A DNA stretch of 28,099 nt from Macrostomum lignano (taxonomy: Eukaryota), in assembly GCA_002269645.1 (NCBI GenBank), contig NIVC01005037.1, forward strand, positions 1-28,099, read 5' to 3'. The notes below the pieces were generated by a model that ran no database searches, was not told the DNA's origin, and worked only from the letters and a program-made list of their open reading frames with translations. The position numbers and the translations under genes are program-made. Below, piece after piece: positions 21,580 to 28,099 of the stretch. Position 1 is the stretch's first letter. Every line of letters begins with the position of its first letter.

Positions 21580-22272
21580 ATGCAATTATCAATGCATATC
21601 GGCCTAATGCCTGCATGTACCCAGCGAGACACGGAAGCGACTCCCTTTAAAAAGGCCAGTTCCTTTCCAAGAAACAACTTGGCGAGATAGGCGGAGAAAC
21701 CCTTACTGTCTGCACAAAATTTTCGATAATTTCGGTATAGCAAAACCGATTTTAACAAACTTGGTCTCGTTTTAAAGCTGAATAAATTCTTTTACAACTG
21801 GCACGAGTTTCACAAAAAAATCACTAAAATATTTATTCGGCAGGAAATTTCAAAGACCCGATTTTTTCGACTAACATCTTCCAAACTAGAAATTTTTTGA
21901 AGATTTCAAACGGTCGAACGGTTGGTTCATTAAAACAAGGCAGGAGAGCCAAACTGGGGGGGACTGAATTTTAACAGACTGAGTTGTCTGCTCTAATTTG
22001 GTGAAGGAGGAGGCTCAATAGGACCCTCGGACCTCTCTTAACCTAGAACCTTAACAGCATAGGACACTTGAGTATTAGCGATCCTGGCCTGTAGTGGCGA
22101 CAGTAATGATGCTACAGCAAGCCTTCCTAGTCCCCTCGGGTTGCGTCACCCCCGTGAGGGAAGGAAGGCTGGAAGAGATTCTCTGTGCCAAATTTGATAA
22201 GAACCACCGCTGCATATGAATGAATTTTACATGTTCGGCAGGTTATTTGTGAGGCCTGCATGTTTGTTTGAC

Positions 22273-22593
22273 ACTCATTGCACCAATTTGGATACAAATT
22301 GCACCAAAATTTGCAATTAATTTAGGCACAAATTTTAGTATATAGGATTGCACCAATTTAGATACTTGATGCACCAATTTAGATACTCATTGCACCAATT
22401 TCGATACTCATTGCACCAATTTAGATACTAATTGCACCAATTTAGATACTAACTGCACCAATTTAGATACTAACTGCACCAATTTAGATACTAACTGCAC
22501 CAATTTAGATACTAACTGCACCAATTTAGATACTAACTGCACCAATTTAGATACTTGATGCACCAATTTAGTCACTAATTGCACCAATTTAGA
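22273..22593. repeat. 21-bp minisatellite, ACTAACTGCACCAATTTAGAT, about 15 copies (degenerate 5' part)
   Basis: Directly visible. It explains the KLVQLVS ORF. Confidence 0.93.
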
Positions 22594-24057
22594 CACGTTA
22601 GTTTCAAAGCATTATTAATGTGTCATTTACAATTCGCCCATATTTGCATCGGGTTAAAAAACCGACATTTTTATCCCGCCTGTCAATCCAAGCCAAGTGA
22701 CGCGAGGTGCTGCATCGCTATAAGTTAGAAAAAAGCTATCAGTGACAATGAACTCACGGACGGCAAACATGGCCTGCTCCCAACCCTCAGTTGATATAAA
22801 TATAACCCTGTTTGCTCAAATATTAGTCAGTTGATGGCGTGAGTTGAGAGGAGGCTGCATTTAGCTCTCCCAAATCCTATTCTATCATTAATCTGTAGGT
22901 AACTCCACGCAGGCGGGGGCACATTGTTACCTAATACTAAGTATTTAAACCGATATGGTCATTCGCACAGCTCTCCAAATCGATGCACCAGCTTCTATCA
23001 AATTCATAATCGATATATGAGAGGAGACGACTCAAAAAGAGACCCATGAAAACCAGCATCATTTCGCCCCCCCCCCTCGGGGTGCGTGTGTCAGCCCGCT
23101 TCTCAGCAGAACAAACGGTTTCATATTGAGATCCATACAGAAATTTCTCACACATTTCTAACAAACTTCAACCTCTGAACCTTCCCACCCCGGCGTGACA
23201 GCTGACGTAACAGCGATTCGGATACAAAATTATGAAGTGCCAAGGCCGCATATGAGTCGCATCAAGCCCGTGTCAAACTTTGTCAAGACCGTCATCATTC
23301 GCAATGATTGACACTAGCAGCTATTCAAGTTGCTGTTGGTAAGGTGAAAATGAGGTTAGGTAATATAGCTTCTTCGCACCTTTCTCTCTCCCTATACCGA
23401 CAATTAAAACTAGCCCGGCTCATAAGAGCTGTCGCTCTTCCTCGGGCCAGTGAGGAGTTTTGGCAATAGAAAACTCACTACTGTATATGGAACGACATAG
23501 ACATTTTGTTCTCCCATTTTCTTTTTCTTGAGACCGCGGTGGCTTCTAAAGAGGGATTTGGAAGGTAATATAAGAATTAAAAGGAAGCGGTGGAACTTCC
23601 GCGGAGCCTAATTCACTTTCGCTATTCTGTGTGTGGGCCCCTCCCCTCTCCCGTCCCAAACCTCACTCTAAACTGCAGCTGCAACCTTGGGCAGAGTCTC
23701 TCCGCTCCAGTCGACTTGGCAAGGAGGCGGTTTTCAGTTACGTAACTTCATAATACAACAGACTGTCGCTGACTGCTGACTATTGAGCAACTATTCTCTT
23801 AGAGATCGGCGCTGAGCTGCGTCTCTGTGCGGCCGAGAGCGAATAAATGCAGCCCGTCCGTGACGCTTGATAAGCGCTGAGTGGATGAACCTGAGCCAGC
23901 AGTCCATAACAGGTGCTTCCTGACCGAGCCCCGAGTGCGCGAACTCGCTGCGTTTTGTTCAGCTGAAAATTCATTTATTAGCTTTTATTGACTCTTTCTG
24001 AGCATGCCCGGGCGGCCGTTTCTGCTCGGGTGGTTGCTGATGGACTCGATTGCTACA

Positions 24058-24760
24058 TTCTCAATCTCTATGCATCCTCAATCTCTATGCATCCTCAATC
24101 TCTATGCATCCTCAATCTCTGTGCATCCTCGATCTCTGTGCATCCTCAATCTCTATGCATCCTCAATCTCTATGCATCCTCAATCTCTGTGCATCCTCAA
24201 TCTCTGTGCATCCTCAATCTCTCTATGCATCCTCAATCTCTGTGCATCCTCAATCTCTCTATGCATCCTCAATCTCTATGCATCCTCAATCTCTCTATGC
24301 ATCCACAATCTCTGTGCATCCTCAATCTCTCTATGCATCCTCAATCTCTGTGCATCCTCAATCTCTCTATGCATCCTCAATCTCTGTGCATCCTCAATCT
24401 CTCTATGCATCCTCAATCTCTCTATGCATCCTCAATCTCTATGCATCCTCAATCTCTGTGCATCCTCAATCTCTCTATGCATCCTCAATCTCTGTGCATC
24501 CTCAATCTCTCTATGCATCCTCAATCTCTGTGCATCCTCAATCTCTGTGCATCCTCAATCTCTATGCATCCTCAATCTCTGTGCATCCTCAATCTCTATG
24601 CATCCTCAATCTCTGTGCATCCTCAATCTCTGTGCATCCTCAATCTCTGTGCATCCTCAATCTCTGTGCATCCTCAATCTCTGTGCATCCTCAATCTCTA
24701 TGCATCCTCAATCTCTATGCATCCTCAATATCTATGCATCCTCAATCTCTATGCATCCTC
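24058..24760. repeat. 17/19-bp minisatellite, TCCTCAATCTCT(CT)(A/G)TGCA
   Basis: Directly visible, about 40 copies. Confidence 0.96.
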
Positions 24761-25200
24761 AATATCTACACCCTCAATGTCTACATCCTTAATATCTACA
24801 TATTCAATATCTACATCTTCAATATTTACATCCTCAATATCTGAATCCTCAATATCTACATCCTCAACATCTACATCCTCAATATCTACACCCTCAATAT
24901 CTAAATCCTCAATATCTACATCCTCAAAATCTACATCCTTAGTATCTACACACCCTCAATATCTAAATCCTCAATATCTACACCCTCAATATCTAAATCC
25001 TCAATATCTACAACCTCAATATTTACATCCTTAATATCTACATCCTCAATATCTACATCTTCAATATCTACATCCTCAATATCTACGAGCACAACCTCAA
25101 AATATCTACAACCTCAATATCTACATCCTCAAAATATCTACAACCTCAATATCTACATCCTCAAAATATCTACAACCTCAATATCTACATCCTCAATCTC
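24761..25200. repeat. 15-bp minisatellite, TCCTCAATATCTACA, contiguous with the 17-bp array
   Basis: Directly visible, more degenerate, about 28 copies. Confidence 0.93.
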
Positions 25201-25395
25201 AATGTATATCCAAACCCTCCATCTATAATTCCTACATTTGTGTATCCAGTCCAAGTCTTCTAATCCAATTCCTCATGCTTTCATTCTATAAATGGTTCAA
25301 AAATCGTTGCATTATTTAATTTTCGCGACTTTAGACAATTCAAGCGCTTTACAACATCAACAGTAAATTGTTTGTTCATAGAATGGCGCAATCAC

Positions 25396-26768
25396 TTGTC
25401 TCTTAAATATGTGCATTTTGCCGACACATTCGTCCAATTTGAGCACTGACAAATAGACAGAAAAATGGCCAATCTCTTCCCCATCAATGCGTCCCTATTG
25501 CAGCCAACTGTGCAGCTTCCCTTATCAAATTTGGCCTCAGCATCATCATCATCATTATTATCATAATCATCAAATTCCTGGACCCGGCTTCCCGGTTGGT
25601 CAGTCAGTCAGCTCATACCTGGCTGAACAGGGCGGCGGCTTGCAGGATTCCGGCAAAGCTGCCGAGAGTAAAATAGGTGAGCTACTACTCCTCCGGTTTT
25701 TTCCGCCTCATCCTTGGCAGAGGGAGGCTGGTCCGGTATGTGAGGTTACGTAAGCACTGCATTTCCATGCAGATTAGTTCATTTCCCTCAAGCCGCCCCC
25801 CCTCATCTCTGCAGCCTCACCTATCTGGGACTTTGGGGATTGATGGGGCTTGGCTCCAGACTCCTCCCGTTTCTTCATCTCATCTTCTTCTTCATCATTG
25901 ATGTCGTGGCCATTTCTTTCTTTTTCTTCTCAAATCATCGGTTCATTCATTCGACTCCCCCTCACCTCAATTCAGCCCCTGTTCCCTGTTTGATCCTCAG
26001 TTTGCCGCCCTGAGGGAGGGGGTGAGAGGGGAAGGGGTGGGCAGGAGGCCGGCAACCATCAAAAACTCGATCCTCCCCGGCAAGCAGATTTTAATGAGCT
26101 GCCTAAATCGCCTTTACATGGAAATGGCTATTCATATTTTTGCTTCATTTTTTCTCTTTTCTCTGCACGAAGCCCCAGTCAAAGCATTGTGTTAAGCAAC
26201 CCAATTTTAACTTAATTTAATTTTTTAATCTATAGGTAGGACACTAAACACTTCGTTCATGCTCACCCACTGACAGAATCGCTCACCCCACTGACATAAT
26301 CAGTCACTTAATGACAGAACCCAAACCAAGCCCATGTGGTGACTTTCAAACCTTCAATCGAATATTAAATCCATGCTTTCGCAAGTATTTCCCTTCTGAA
26401 AAATGTCTACACACCCCCAAGAATCTTCTCAAAGATTAATGACCGAATGGCACGAAATCGACTGACTTGTGCCGATGATTTTCCAAATGGAGACTGAGCA
26501 GATGGAGCTGCGCTTTCTTCGCAGTTATAATTCTTGGTGTGGGCACGTTTTTTGGCTTAAAGACACGATCGACAGGGGGGAATGAGTTGAGTCGAAGACA
26601 GAATAGGAAGGGGCTGAATAGGAAGGAAGCTGACTGATATCCCCTCACTGAAGGGAGATTTTCGCTTAAGACTCTTCTTTTGGCCAACTGTATACAGTGA
26701 AGTTGGGATATCGCTTCCATCTCCGTCAGCTATATTCATAACTTTTTTGCATAATGAGCCACTTCCTT
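25396..26768 (-). CDS. Candidate internal exons of an unidentified minus-strand gene
   Basis: Exons 26649..26768, 26467..26555, 25966..26009, 25619..25658 and 25396..25445 have consensus-like donors (GTGAGG, GTCAGT, GTGAGG, GTATGA, GTGATT). They join in compatible phases without stops. No homolog recognised. Confidence 0.35.
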
Positions 26769-27284
26769 CTAATCTCCCGAGGGGTGGGGGGAGCGCAACG
26801 GTAGACACATTCATCCATTTTTTCATTCAGCTTTTTCATACGCCGGGATATCGCAGACTGGTTGAGAGGGTCAAAGTTCAAAGACGCCTCCGTCAGACAC
26901 TCCCTGAGGGCAATTTGAGCCAGTCATTGCTCTGCAGTTGCTCACTCACTCAACTAACGGTGATTCTGACTGCTCAATTCACAGGCTGAGGCGAGTCAAA
27001 GTCAACGTCTTTGTCTCCATTGTTTCTTTTGTTTCTAGCGCTGGAACCTTGCGCCTGGACTCAGCATTTATAGCTCATACATGTGCTTGGTGTGAATGCT
27101 TTTACAGTTTTTGAAATATGCAATTTCAAATGTTTTTCTTTCCGGTTCGATGCTTTTAAGTAGCTCAACAAGTTTTAGTCTCTATGGCCAAGTTTGGGGT
27201 GGGGCAGAGCAGATCAGCGACCGATTCTCGCGCAAAAGTGAACCGGATTCCATTCCGTGCAAGACAACATTTATATCTGCCTTG

Positions 27285-27680
27285 TGTCTATGGCCAATCC
27301 TATCTTTACTTTATTTGTGTCTATACTGTCTATGGCCAAGCCTATCTGTACTTTATTTGTGTCTATACTGTCTATGGCCAAGCCTATCTGTACTTTATTT
27401 GTGTCTATACTATCTATGGTCAAGCCTATCTGTACTTTATTTGTGTCAATACTGTCTATGGCCATACCTAAATGTACTCTATTTGTGCCTGTACTATATA
27501 TGGCCAAGCCTATCTGTACTTTATTTGTGTCTATACTATCTATGGTCAAGCCTATCTGTACTTTATTTGTGTCAATACTGTCTATGGCCAAGCCTATCTG
27601 TACTTTATTTGTGTATATACTATCTATGTCCAAGCCTATCTGTACTCTATTTGTGCATACGGTATGAATGGCCAAGCCTA
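27285..27680. repeat. 42-bp minisatellite, about 9.5 copies, TATGGCCAAGCCTATCTGTACTTTATTTGTGTCTATACTGTC
   Basis: TATGGCCAAG at 27331 and 27373. Degenerate partial copies lie near 27181 and 27735. Confidence 0.96.
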
Positions 27681-28099
27681 ACTGTACACAGGCTCTGCCA
27701 GTAGGTTTTATAGCCTATTTCGAGTCTGTAATGTCTATGGCCAAGTCTGACTGCACTTCACATGTATTTCTACCTATATACGCTCGTAAATGTAGGTATC
27801 CATGGCGCAACTGAACATGCCAATCTATCTTTCATTTTCTAATTTCCTTTTCGGGACATTAAAATTTGAACCCGATCAAATTTGGTTCCCTGCTGCGACG
27901 CGGTAGGTTTCCCCCACCCACCCCCTGCCTCTCCCATAACCGGATTGTTAAGTTATTAATGCGAACACAGCAAAGGCCCAAGTCCACTGGGATCTCTGCT
28001 CTCCTCCCTCGCTTCTCCCAATTTCCCACGGACTGCGCAACTGCATGACCCCTTCAAAGCGCGCCTCTTATTGCTGAGTGGGCGATTAAAGCCAGCACC

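Noticed and set aside
22273-22593. Cluster of CCAAT boxes acting as an enhancer
   Set aside because: CCAAT is simply part of the 21-bp unit, and no transcription start can be assigned nearby.
23988-25034. ORFs of 262-348 aa (SSISMHPQSLCILNL...)
   Set aside because: They are translations of the 17/19- and 15-bp arrays.
25487-25753. Plus-strand His-rich ORF with donor AG|GTGAGC at about 25677
   Set aside because: The poly-His comes from a short (CAT)n tract, the next plausible acceptor gives a stop within 9 codons, and the site overlaps a better minus-strand acceptor region.

Overview
Eukaryotic (animal-like) genomic DNA, not prokaryotic. The one gene I can support firmly is an 8-exon, plus-strand sphingosine-1-phosphate-lyase-like gene (group II PLP-dependent family): join(7891..8140,9794..10233,11528..11799,12226..12325,12417..12653,12735..12837,12918..13036,13828..13944). 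That is 1638 nt, or 545 aa plus stop, with all splice phases consistent. Intron 1 is GC-AG, and the four long introns are each inflated by a different tandem repeat. About 13 kb (roughly half) of the window is 14-15 distinct micro/minisatellite arrays (units 4-45 bp), which produce nearly all long ORFs in the supplied track. I also see a 270-bp MITE-like element, a hAT/Charlie-like transposon end, and two low-confidence chains of phase-compatible minus-strand exons (about 18.8-19.5 kb and 25.4-26.8 kb). The repeat-filled introns resemble the Macrostomum flatworm genome, but that is a guess. No clearly new biological system is demonstrated. The best leads are a divergent SPL-like enzyme with an approximately 30-aa insertion, the GC-AG intron, and shared sequence cores between distant satellites of different period.
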